DNA of 63,923 bases, counting the filler, from Choristocarpus tenellus KU-1152 (taxonomy: Eukaryota; Protista; Phaeophyceae): assembly GCA_964200185.2 (NCBI GenBank). It is 15 parts of 15 records of this genome, joined end to end, with 100 filler letters (N's around TTAATTAATTAA, not from the genome) between each part and the next. Parts side by side here need not be neighbours in the genome. Positions count along the whole stretch, not along the records: positions 52,203 to 58,366 come from CAXNAD020008785.1; positions 58,467 to 61,141 come from CAXNAD020025742.1; positions 61,242 to 63,923 come from CAXNAD020025693.1; 12 more parts are not named here. The stretch is one strand, 5' to 3'. The notes under the pieces were generated by a model that saw only the letters and a program-made list of their open reading frames with translations, was not told the origin of the DNA and made no database searches. The stretch's first letter is position 1, and each line of letters opens with the position of its first letter. Positions 52,103 through 63,923 of this stretch are shown one piece after another. The position numbers and the translations under genes were made by a program.

Positions 52103-54052
52103 NNNNNNNNNNNNNNNNNNNNNNNNNNNNNNNNNNNNNNNNNNNNTTAATTAATTAANNNNNNNNNNNNNNNNNNNNNNNNNNNNNNNNNNNNNNNNNN
52201 NNCCCCCCCCAGATAGTTTGAGCCATTAGGATGGAGTAAGTATGACATATGCAGATCCATGCACACACAAAGTGATGTGCCAGGAGGAACCCTTTATACC
52301 CAGCACTTGCACAGAATTGTGATGACACAAACGGTTTCGGACTAAGTGCTAGAGCCCACCTGGTAGGATGATTGCATTTCTGACTGTCACATTTATTATG
52401 GGAAATTGTACTAATGAGTGAAAGGGGATACAATAGCTTTGCAGAGATTGAGCTTTAAAGCGCTATAAAGGGATATCAATGAGAGACATTTGTGCAAGTG
52501 TCTACCCCCACAGTTCGCACTGCACCTCATTTAGGTTTTTCAATGGGCTTTGTCTCTTGTGAGAACTTAACCAAATCTTTCAGCATTGGTGGAAGAGATA
52601 CAACTCCTGGCCATCAAAGCATAGGCATATTCTACAATATGTGGAGAGAAGGCAATGAATAGGAATAAACTTTCGTATAGAGTAGCGTACATACTCCTAT
52701 GAACTTTCCATGTATCTCCTCAAGGATCAATTGGGTGTATCAAAAAGGGAAGCTTTTTGTTCACATGGACCCCGTTTGATCCCTTATTTACCATTCCTGA
52801 GCTAATGCATGCCCCAATTTCTTGATAAAATATTCTATGGCTTCTGAACAGAGATTGGAAAGCGATCTTCAATGCATCAACAATGTTATATATGGATTGC
52901 ATTGGTTACTTCCTAGAATAAAAAGTTCCAAGCTCAACAATTTTTTCGATCTTGCCATGCATCAACTCTTTACTTGATAACATTTTACTCAGTGTGTAAA
53001 CACTGCAAAGTGTACTACTGCCTGTACAGCTTACCGCATCCCGATTGCTGACCTTTACCAAAAAAACTCCATGGGTGTATCTCTCTACCCTATGATGGTC
53101 TCCGATTGAACATATTGAAGTACCCGAAAGCAACTATGGGAGCTTTATTGATATTTATTTTGAATATCCCAGAAGTTTATGCTCCTTGAAATCTTTATTG
53201 AGTTCATTATTTGACTAGGAGATGAAGCCTTTCAGAAACAGACTACTCATGTGAAAGCATTAGTATTGGGAACCGAAGAATTTTCTATTACTTTTTATTT
53301 GTTAGACAATAATTTGACCGGTTGAATAAGCAGTTGGCGCACAAGGCAATGCACTAAACGTGCTGGTTGCTAAGTGGCATGTGACACTGCGAGGCAAGTA
53401 GTCCTCTTGCTAGAATGGAGCCCTTTTGGAGGCATGAAATTTCGAATTTCGTTCCATTCTGTGTTCTTGCTTCAGGTACCACCAGAGGAATGACCTCCCG
53501 CAGTATCCCAGCCTTAACTATGAGCAGCAACTATGGATTTATCACGATTGCATCACCCCTGTTCTATTTATGATACAACTTGGTATACATTATAGTATTC
53601 TTGAGGTACCACTGAAGGAGAGAGAAGGGACATAGAGGTCTATGTACAGGAGACCTTGTGTCAGTACTATGTGTCTTTAAAAAAAACATGAATAAAGCGA
53701 TATATTTTGTTATGATCTCTGCCATTTCTTCGCTGGCTCCGTTTTCATTGACACAGACTCCCTCCCTTCAGACAGTTAGACCTAGCTCTCACTCTGTTGC
53801 GCGTGTCTTAAGATATGGTTTGGGTTTGTCATACACCCCACATGTATATGTTTGGTGAAATGACTACTAATTGGATTGCTAGTCAGCTGAATCTCCCCCT
53901 TGTTGTCTTCATTCGCTTTGGTATTGTAACCCTTACTCTTTGCACTGAGAACAGTTGTACTTGTTGCAGGAATATGATGTCTTCAACCGCCTCTGCCATC
54001 ACCCTTTGAATTTACGAAAACCAGTTGATCAGCATCCTCTTGTAGAATAACG

Positions 54053-54392
54053 ACCCAAAGCATCTGGGGGGGGGGGGGGGGGCCCCCCCAGGGAGCCCAT
54101 TTTTGGCAAGGAACAGAAAAAAGACATTAAAATTATCNNNNNNNNNNCACCACTTTTTATAGATTATAAAAATACATTTATACCCTTCTCTGCGAGTACA
54201 CCACGCCAGGGGGGGGGGGGGGGGGGGGGGGGGGGGGTCTACACCAGGGAGTCCATTTTTGGCAATGACCAGGAAAAATGCACTTACATTATCCATCCAA
54301 CGTATGTAACTAAATTACACAAAAAAAATTGCGACATGAAAAAATTGACCCCAATGGACAGCCGCCACCCCCCCCCCGAGATACTTCGAGCC
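54053..54392. mobile_element. MITE family B inserted at the copia RT/RH junction, TSD AACG; internally mis-assembled around a 10-N gap
   Basis: Removing it and one AACG restores RPFV*NALFYKRMLINWFS. Confidence 0.75.
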
Positions 54393-57093
54393 AACGCATT
54401 CTAAACAAACGGCCTGTCATTGTCAGAGCATGTATCGTAGTTGACATCCAAAAATGCCGCCATTTCAGTTGTTAGCCTTGGCCCTCCATATGCCAGTCCC
54501 TTGTCCTTTGTACTCAGCAAGGACTGAAGTATCTTCTGCCCAGCTTTCCAATTTGTTTGTCCTTGATTCTCACAGAATTTTGCCATTGACTGTACCAAGT
54601 CTGTAATGTCCAGTTGAGTCATTATGGATGCCAATGTCAATGTGCCCACTGCTTTCAAGGAGGGTATTGCATTGATTGCTTCTAATCAACAGCATCCAGG
54701 CAATCCTTTGCGGATAGTGTTGTCATCTGTGATGCCGGAACCATGTTGGTCTTGGTGGTGTTGAATCTTCTTTCAATGGTTTGATAATAGTTGTGCTGGT
54801 CTATTTTTCCTTCTTCTTCTTCTGTCATGGTAGATGACAGAGCATATATAAGCTCACTTCCTCAAGATTCTCAATTGTGAACTCGTGTTCAGATCTCTCA
54901 TAAACTGCTACATTGCAGTAGTGCCCCTCCTGCACCAGGATGGCGTCAACATGTATGATGACTATTGTTTCCAGTTCACTATCCACTGTCCTTCTCAACA
55001 CAGAAGGGTCAGCTCTTGACTGTTCAAACCCCAGCGTCATTAATGAATCCGTGAGGATGCGGTTCCAGTTCTATGATGCCTGGACTGCACCATATATGGA
55101 ACGGTTTAGTTTGCCAACAGCCCTGGGAAATGTCTGGTAGTGCTCCGGTAAATCAAAGAACATTTGTTCGTCCACTGATGCTTGGAAGAAAGCTTGTTCC
55201 ACATCCATATATGTCGTAGCCACAGGTCCTCCATTGCTGCTGTTGCCAGTAACATCCTGATACTTGGTGCTGATGGTGTCATCATAAACTTCTCTGTGTA
55301 GTCCAGTGCAGGGATTTTCTGGACGTATTTTACGACAAATCGACACTTTTTTCTTGCCACTTCGCCATTCTCATCCCCTTTTCTCTTGAAACTATTTTTG
55401 GTCCAACCACCTTAGGGTCAGTTGGGTGTGGCACCTGTGTCGATACGTTGTTCTTTTCCAGCCCCGCCATTTCAGCTTCAAGTGCCTTCTACCAATGCTT
55501 TGATTCTGCCTAAGAAAGAACTTGTAACAGATTTGTTGGTTCACTTGGCAATACCTCCAGCATGACCAGAGGTCACATTGCTATGTTCTTGCGGATCTCC
55601 TCCTCTATTATCCCCACCAATTTGAACTCCATCCCTCATTTTGTCGAGAGGCTTCATAGTGCCAAGCCGTTGTTGTTGACAGCAGCATCGTTATCATTGA
55701 GTTTTTGATCAGCTGATGTATCCACCTTTCAGCTTCTTGCGTGACCTGGTATTGTTGGATAAGACTACCCAACTCCAGAATTTCTTATTTCCCCAACTTT
55801 GCTAGACACTGGTTGTTGTGACTGATTTCCTTAATCTTCGGGTTACTCCGGTTACTTGTGTGACCCTTCTTTTGGCTCAGATTGACTGCTTGTCACTAGA
55901 TCAAACTAACCTGTGGTACCACCAGTCCCAGGGTCTTGTTGTCTTTTGCCGTGGGATCGCTTAGTCTCATCTGGCTATTCCGCCTGTGGATGCCATGTCA
56001 CATCCTGCGAGATTGACCACCTTAATTGCACCCTTCAGTCTGTTTGATGGCCATCCAGGCATGATGCATTTTGCCCACATGGTGCTAGTTTATGGTTCTG
56101 GTGTGCGTCTTGAAAGAGACCCACCGTGCTGAATACCTTAATACCATTTAGATTCGCCCAGAAGCCATTTCACTTCTTGAATGGTGGTGTACCACCATTG
56201 TTCGTGGTTTGATCACAAATGTTGGTTACTGCACATGCCATACTCACTATTTCCACTCATAGGTTCAAGTTGATTCCTTCCTGCCTGGTTTCCAGCATAG
56301 CCATAGTTTTCCTGTTCAGCAGACCTAGAGCCCTCTCCACCACCCCATTGGATTGAGGTGTATCAGACACTGTCATCTCGTGTCAGATAGACAACTCGTT
56401 TAACACTTTACAGAACTCTTCTTTGAACTTGCCTTCTTCATCTGTGTGAATGATGCAAATTGTACGTTTTATTAGTTTAGCTATACATCAGCAATGAAAC
56501 CCCTGAGTACATCCACTATGTTGCTCTTGTTCTTCAGGAACCACTTCTACTTCATTCGAGAGGAGTCATCGACAAAGATAATAGCATAGTACTCTCCTTC
56601 TTGGCTTACCACCGTCATCAGCCCTGTCAGGTCCACATTTTGTTATCCCTGTCGATCTTTTGCTCTGTTGTCTGTTGCCTTGGGTATCGTGTATCTGTGT
56701 GCTTTAGTTTGGAGCACCCTAAGCAGGGTTTCCAGCTCCCGGTTAATGTGATGCCAAACCGCTTGGCTGTCGCTTGCATGAGCTGTTCGTTTGGGTGCCC
56801 TAGCATGTTGTGCTTTTCTACGATATCTCTTGGTTTGACAGGTGTTGCTGCAAACGTCATCCCTGATGCTACAAGCTGGTGCTGTATCTCAACAACATAC
56901 AATCCTCCTTTCCCAGAATGAAAGTAGTACGCATTGTCATCGTTGCCCAGTACTGCTGTGTCACTCCTTATGTGAATGGCACTTCCTGACGCTTTGAAAG
57001 CACTCCTTGCTTATTGTAGGTTCCACCCCAAGTCTGGCACTCATGCTACTTTTTCCAATGTCACCATTTTTGGTAGCTACTTCATCCGTACCT

Positions 57094-57615
57094 GGGTCAA
57101 AGTATTTAAGAGGGTAAGAGTTTTGCCCAGTTTTTCTGTTTGGAGCTTGACTTCCCACAGGTATTTTATGCCCTTTATCGGTTTTCTGTGTGAACACAGT
57201 TACCTAAAATGTATACGGCTATGAAAGGTGTGTCTGGAGCAACGATATTGACACTTGCTAACAAACACGATAGCCAAAATTCAGAGCCAAAGTATCTTAT
57301 AGGGTAGATCCGCGTCCATTTGGGGGCCACAATCCAATGTTGCGATTTTGATGTAATTTTGACTATCGTGTTTGTTAGGAAGTGTCAATATCCTTGTTCC
57401 AGACACACATTTTCATAACGTATATGTTTTAACTACTCCGAAACATTTTTGAGAAGGAAAATGTCATTTAAAAAAACATGGAAAGTCAAGCCCCAAACAG
57501 ACAAACAGGGCAAAACTTGTACCTTCTAAAATGCTTTCACTCTTTCATCAAAATTGCAACATTGGATTCATGACCCTAAACAGACCCAGCCCTGCCCTCT
57601 TAAATGCTTTGGATC
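57094..57615. mobile_element. MITE A (TSD ACCT) in the copia protease, containing a second inverted MITE A at 57284-57542
   Basis: ACCT|GGGTCAAAGTAT ... ATGCTTTGGATC|ACCT. The inner copy is flanked by TTCA and tTTCA, and the outer copy resumes exactly after it. Confidence 0.9.
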
Positions 57616-58174
57616 ACCTAGAATGTCCCATCGTCCTTGACCTCCATAAATATTTGTTGGCGAGATCCACTGCTGCACCCGACACTGGCTTGAAATTGAT
57701 CGTTTCACTTGCATCTGGCATCATGTGGTTTGTCACACCTGAGTTCAAAGTCCATTCGGTCCAGTCACCCACCACATCTGAAAAGTGGTTGCATAGTTTG
57801 ACTGAGCCGTGTCCACGGTGGTTGCCATCAAAGCTACCATGAGGTTTTTAAGCGAGGTTTTATTGTTGCTCCTGCCACTCTGATTAGACCTGCTGCAGCA
57901 GTCCTTGACAAAGTGCTCCCTCTTGTTGTAGATGAAGCATCTTCTTCCCATCTTCCTTGATTGTGGATGTCCTGTGGGTTTTGACCCACAGTACTCCCAT
58001 GCATTGTGCTCCATTTACTACAAGGTATGCAATCCCCCGCGAATTCGCCTTTCTTGACCTTGCACTGCTTGCTGTGGAGCCAGTCTCTTGCAGAAGCTGG
58101 CATCTTGTGACCTCAACCAGTCCCTGACTTGCTGCCACAAGTGGAGATTTTCCAGCCGCTCATTAATCCGTTTA

Positions 58175-58366
58175 GAGTCAAAGTATCTTAGAAGGTAGAG
58201 CCGCGTCTATTTGGGGGTAAAAATCTAATGTTGCGATTTTGATGTAATTTTGGCTATCGTTTTTGTTAGGAAGTGTCAATATCAATGTGAGCAAAAGTAT
58301 CTCAGAGGGTACGAGTTTTGGACCCAAAGTATCAGGGGGGGGGGGGAGGGCTCCACCAGAGTGTCC
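58175..58366. mobile_element. Stack of three nested MITE termini (A, A, B) at contig end
   Basis: GAGTCAAAGTATCT at 58175, GAGCAAAAGTATCT at 58289, GACCCAAAGTATC-Gn at 58322. Confidence 0.8.
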
Positions 58367-60479
58367 NNNNNNNNNNNNNNNNNNNNNNNNNNNNNNNNNN
58401 NNNNNNNNNNTTAATTAATTAANNNNNNNNNNNNNNNNNNNNNNNNNNNNNNNNNNNNNNNNNNNNAGATCCAACACACAGGAGAATAGTGACAGTGATT
58501 ATTACTAGAGTGACGAAAAAAAAAGTATCTCCCCCCCCCCCTCCCCCCCCCCCATGCAACTTCTGCACCAACTCACGGATCCCTCCGGTGCACCCTCGCA
58601 GTCTGATGACAAGAAGCCCCATGTCGTGCCGTTCTCACCCAGCTTCCACTCTGAGAACAGGCTGCCGGCTTCCGCCTCACCCTCTGCCTCTGGTCTTGAT
58701 ACTCCTAGGCTCAGGAACCCTGATCCTGGAGGCAGGGCCAGAATCTTTACCTCCCTGAGTGCGCGTATCCATGCATAGGGAGGAAGGGCTTGGTTAGGAG
58801 GAAGGGCAGTGCCGAGATGAGATGAAAGACAAAACTCTGGACATGCAGTGTGCACATGACAAGTGTTTTGTCTGACGCACACAAGTAAAGGATGGTAGAG
58901 TAGCATTAATAATAATTAGAATTGTGGGGGTACAAGTGGAGAGTTCTTGGGTATATCGTTATGATAGGGGAAAAAAAGGAATCGCTACTATTAAATACCA
59001 CAATATAGTGTAATATCAAAGCCTTGAATGTGCAAGGGTCTTCTCAGTGGTGCTCTGATGAATTTTCGTGGCTTTGCGCTCAACCGATGGGAAACTGTTG
59101 TGGTCTGATTTGTTCTGGTTGTGGGCTGGTCATGCTGATGTCTCTCAATGCACTGGCCTGGTCCTGCTGAAACATATTCTACTAGGTCGATTACGCCGTC
59201 TAGTCCAAGTAAAGTGCCTGAGGACCCCTGTTTTAAAAATAAAATAGAAGAATGAATTGGGCTGGCTTTGTCAAGGAGAGTTAGGTCGACTCTCACATGT
59301 ACCAAATACATGTGGGAATAACACTGCCTTTTAGAAATAAATCTCGCTAGTCTCTTCCATTTTTATCAAATACTTAGGGTAGATTTGGATAAAGGCATTC
59401 TGGTCAGGAGGTCCAGTACCACCTACTAACGATTTCTAGTGAGACTTTGCCACAGGTCTGGGCTGCAGCCTACCCCATAAAAAATCTCTGAAAGCTCTAG
59501 ACTGAAGCTGTTATTATATTTTACTGAGACTAGCCCACAGACTGGCCCCATGACAGTCATGTGGTTCACTGGAAGCCTTGGAGAAATGGTCACTCTTAGC
59601 GATTTGCTGCCATCAGAGTAAGTATGGATAGCTGGGCAGAATGTCAACAAAAATATATGTAGTGGAACATCAGCAGTGAAGAAAATACATGCATCACCTG
59701 ACTCTATCCCTAACCCTGAGTATCTTGAGTATTGTATCCCTAACCCTAAGTACTCTGGGTATTCCATTCGACCATCAACAAATATGTATTTTTCCTCCGG
59801 CCACACTGGCCCACCCATTCCTAATCAAACACTAGTAAATTTCACCCATTGTGCCATTAGTCTAGACTTTTCTTGGCTGCCGCATGGATAGTTGGCCAAA
59901 GCACACCTGTGACATACACCTGTAGCACAATACAAAGTAGTATGCTGTACATATGATAGGTATGCAGGTGGGTCTCAACTCAAGTATGGCATAGAAAAGG
60001 AAAGGGTAAGGCCCACCCACCAGCTGAAAACACAACCAATGAAAGGGAGTCTATAATCCTTCAAGTCGTAAACTAATCACAACCAAAAAGCAAAAAAAAA
60101 AAGACAGGCCATTACATTCACACATGCATGCACACATGTGCCCCTACAGTATTGAGAGAGCTTGTGTGTTGCCACAGCAGCTGCTCCTTACAAGTACATT
60201 ACTTTGGCATCACAATTAACAATACATCCGTTTTACTACAGTTGTTTCCTCACCAATATGCCGAGTCCTGCCGATGAGTGCGCAGGCCATATACAAGGAG
60301 AGGTCATAGAAATACCATCGGCAAGTTTCCCACAGTAGCCGAAAGGCAGCAGTTCATTACAGGACAAACGTGGAGTGAGTGCAAAGAACAATTGAGGTGT
60401 AGGGGTCAGTGACATTTACTCAGCGCACTACTGTATGCATTTTCTGAGGAGTTTCGAGGAAGTTTTAGTGCAGATTGTG

Positions 60480-60850
60480 GATGGACGTTTAAGCAGAGGT
60501 GTGTAGGATACTATAGATGCTTACCACACGTTTGAGGTACTTCAACGATATGAGGGCTGAGGTGGAGTGTGGATGGATCAGGTTTATCCTCAGTGCGACC
60601 CAGAAGGTGCACAGGTCAACCTTGCCTGCGAAATGGTCACCCCTAGGCATAATATCCGTCATGAGGTGTAACCATGTCTCATCGATGTGGATGACTTCAA
60701 ACATGTGTCAAAGACACCATCACTCACGTTGAGTCATGTGCAGACAAAGTCGAGACACCTTCTGGGTCACATGGAGGATAGAGCTCATCGAGGCTTGGTC
60801 TCAGCCCCGATCTCATTGACGTACCTCCAACATGGTAACAGTGATAATGC
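60480..60850 (-). mobile_element. Decayed mariner (DD39D/plant-oomycete type) transposase fragment
   Basis: QKVSRL...MFEVIHIDETWLHL...FAGKVDLCTF resembles KxxRL...MxDVVHIDEKWF...FDGKIGIWPF. Confidence 0.65.
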
Positions 60851-61271
60851 ATTCTTCGGGCAGTCTTGAGGCAACACGAGTTAGCATTTACAGCATCTAT
60901 CATGTCTGACACAAGTCTGTCGATTTTCATCGGCCGTACAGACATCGGGGCCATAGAGAGGTCAAGGCTACAGGTGTACGCCATAGTTTGGGTATTTCCT
61001 TCGTGAGTCCACAACACTGTCAATGAGACAAGAACATAACATTCTAATAACATCCTTAGGGCTGCACGATACGACAAGGTGTATCTTATGCTCCCCCCCA
61101 GATTATTCAACACCACCAAGTTCACGATTGCTGTAGAGGAGNNNNNNNNNNNNNNNNNNNNNNNNNNNNNNNNNNNNNNNNNNNNTTAATTAATTAANNN
61201 NNNNNNNNNNNNNNNNNNNNNNNNNNNNNNNNNNNNNNNNNGTCTGTGTTTGTGTGTTGTTGTTTGTTTGG

Positions 61272-61309
<38 letters not shown>

Positions 61310-61896
61310 AACCAGGTAGAACGGGGCAATGCCAGGTATATTTGCAATGGTCCTATCTGTTAGAGGGTGCCATGACGTTAGGGGTCTGGGTGGTGGGGTG
61401 GAGTTGCTAGAGATATGAGGGGTGGATGATGAAGTGGTGCTGAGGTTGGACCTGTTTGTAAGAGTGAGGTTTGGAACCACCCTCTCAGGGGTGCTCCTGC
61501 TGTCGGAACTTGAGTGGGGAGCGCAGCGCTGGTCTAGGGTGGTTTTTTAGAGAGGGACAAATAGAGGCTTAGATATGCCATTTCAGGGGGTTGGTAGGAA
61601 GGAGGGGGGGGAGGAGGGGGGGAGTTTGCAGGAATTGCAAAGTAAAAATATTTCTTGTGTGTGGCATGTGAGGATTGATTCAAAAGAACAAGTCTAGGAA
61701 ACCCCATTAGAGGAACCTCACAAAAGCGGTGGGAACCCTGCTTGTTTATGTCAGTAAGATGCCTTTGACCTTTCTGGTGCGTAGGTGAACGCCTGGGAAA
61801 TATATTGAAAAATACGTGTGTATGACTTTGTCCGTTTGAAATTGAGGTTGTTTTGAATTAAGTTTTTTTAATGTTTTGTTTTTTTTCTCTTCCCAG

Positions 61897-62433
61897 TTGT
61901 CTATACAGCAGTACCTGGGTAGTAACCCTCACAATAAGCTGCTCTATAACCCCCTGGCTGCGGAGTTCGGCATCGAGAATATGGCACAGATGAACTACTT
62001 CATCAAGCACGAACTGCCCCTCTTCAAGATGGTAAGGGTCAAGGGTTGCTTGCAATGCCAAGAATAATGTGGGTGTTGCAGGATGGGTGTGGGTTTGAGT
62101 GCATGCAGGGATGGCTAGCGGTATGTGTAAGGTGTCACCCTTAGGGTATAGGGCATACATACGTGGAGCCTCTGATTGATCATCTTTGGTCACGATAATC
62201 GTGTCAGTTTTTGCAGGGTTTATGGCTGTACCGGGACACATTGAGGTGATAGTTGGGGTTTGCCGAAGTGAGTGCGTTTTGATGTTTTTGATGTGTTGAG
62301 GGAAGCTTGTTATGTAAATAAATGCATGCATGCATCAAAATAATTATTTTTGTCGTGTGATACACTAAATCGGTTTCTGCCTTTGAGTCCGCCATCTGCT
62401 TGCCAATTTGTTTGTTTTTTATACAGAGGTTCT

Positions 62434-62481
<48 letters not shown>

Positions 62482-63056
62482 CATGTACATGTACTCAATT
62501 CGAGTCATTTTTTCCGGAAAAAGAAGTCAAGAAATATATTGTGTTTTTTGTGCATTTTTTTTTTCTCCTCTTGATGACAGTGAGAAACACGAGACGCAAT
62601 TACAACACACGGTGAAAATTACAATTTTTTTAAGGGGATGTATAGTTCTGCTCTTTTTTCATTATTTGAAGTAGTTGGAAAAAATATATATATATTAATC
62701 GATGTAACAATGTGGGGTTTCCCCCGAGGCGCTAACCCTATGATAAGCCTTCCTGTACACTGACATACGTGGCTTTGTACTGAGAATAATAATAATAATA
62801 ATATTTTCAACTTTTTTTTATTCAGTGATAATTGTTGAAATATGTGATAATCGTCCCTGGTTTGGGTTGGGGTTTTTTTTTTAAGGTGATTTTGACGGAG
62901 AGGTTTGATGAGGGCCTTGCCTTGCTCCAACGGATGCTTGGGTGGGATCCCATTGACATCACTTACTGCAGGATGCTGCAGACAAAGAAGGGGGAAAAGC
63001 GATGGGATGGGAAGCCGTTGGAGAATGTTCCAAAGGCTGCTGACCTGCCCCCAGAG
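61897..63056 (+). CDS. Golgi-type carbohydrate sulfotransferase (galactose-3-O-sulfotransferase-like); internal exons 61897-62031 and 62886-63056
   Basis: YNPLAAEFG...FKM|VILTERFDEGLALLQRMLGWDPIDITY matches FxLVxIxExFDESLxLL...LxW...DxxY. Phase-0 GT-AG intron. Confidence 0.75.
62435..62478. repeat. (CT)n microsatellite
   Basis: Read directly. Confidence 0.9.
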
Positions 63057-63923
63057 GTACGGACATAAAGGAGGAACCTTGCAGTTGGAGGAGAGGTTGA
63101 GGGGGGGGTGAGGAGTTCTTCCTTTATCTTGTTGTGGCATTCTTTGCATGTGTGCTGAAATGTTATTTTTGTGAGTAGTTGACGAGTTGTGTGTTTTCCT
63201 GTGTGTATTTTGAACATTTTTGTTAGAAATTTCATCGCATTTTCTACTGAGACATGACTTGAGCTGAGATTGTTCTTTTTTTTTCACTGCGAGTAACGAT
63301 CCTTGAGGGGGAGCGGAAAGATTCTTTTTGAGTTTTTTTTTAACGTTTATCCGTGTTCTTTTTTTTGTTGGCTCGTCCATCCGCATCCATATCCATCAAT
63401 AGGGATCTATGTGTTTGTTAAGTGTGTGTTCTGAAACATTTCTGAAATTAGGGACTAGCCCGTAGTCTGCATTGCTGTCTGGTCGATTGTCTACTAGTGC
63501 AATGTGCTTGTTTTTTCCACTCAAAACATATCCAGTGCGATTCCCTGGGCAGTCACTACTCAACCGACCCCTTGAAGACGTGCCACAACATGCAGGCCTC
63601 AAAGATCTTTTGACGCTAGTCTGGGGGGGGTCTCTCGAGACATTGCTGCTGCGTGTATGTGTTGCTGGTATATCTGACCTCACGTCTTTTGTGTCCAAAA
63701 CTTTCAAACAATCCTCCTTGATGTATACCGTTCTACTGTGAGCGCCTTTGTTGCAGTAAGAAGAGGGTTTTTACGGTCCTCTTTTTTATTTATTGTTGCA
63801 TGTGTGTGTGTGGTGTGTCTTTTTTTTCTGTTTTATTGGGGGGGGGGGGGGGGCTCTTTTTTTACTTTTGTCCCCTTCAACCCCCCCCCCTCCCCCCCCC
63901 CCCACCCCCCCCGGGGGCGCCGC

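Larger units (their letters stand above)
53830..58170 (-). mobile_element. Decayed Ty1/copia LTR retrotransposon internal region (gag-PR-IN-RT-RH)
   Basis: CCHC knuckles (~57900-58030); PR WTLNSGVTNHM...VPDLGWNL; HHCC HNMLGHP...CLGC; integrase core; RT MDVEQAF...KLNRSIYG...IHVD; RH INWFS...EDNKG...TKHIHV. Copia domain order. Confidence 0.92.

Noticed and set aside
54053-54240. Apparent tandem duplication of MITE B
   Set aside because: An error-rich copy spanning a 10-N scaffold gap with one TSD pair around the whole; best explained as mis-assembly of a single insertion.
1-63923. Functional clustering of the genes found
   Set aside because: They lie on separate concatenated contigs, so co-location is artificial.

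Overview
Eukaryotic draft assembly. Fifteen unlinked 2.7-7 kb contigs are joined by artificial 100-bp linkers (N44-TTAATTAATTAA-N44), so adjacency across linkers has no biological meaning. Intron-rich genes, an ASAFAP-type plastid presequence and a Gal-3-O-sulfotransferase-like gene point to an ochrophyte, probably a brown alga or close relative (inference). Spliced gene fragments recovered by hand: farnesyltransferase beta, 5-oxoprolinase, a HECT E3 ligase, a degenerate SAM-methyltransferase-like protein, HYOU1/GRP170, RPL27, a PEX6-like AAA ATPase, a complete plastid-targeted membrane protein of unknown function, a cNMP-binding exon and a sulfotransferase. Much of the rest is transposon-derived: two related MITE families with 4-bp TSDs and Sola2-like termini that nest in each other and sit at many contig breaks; a CRE-like RLE retrotransposon with (TAA)n tails; and decayed copia, RTE, L1, pogo and mariner elements. 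One third of the modelled splice acceptors are AAG. No prokaryotic-type system (CRISPR, operon) is supported.
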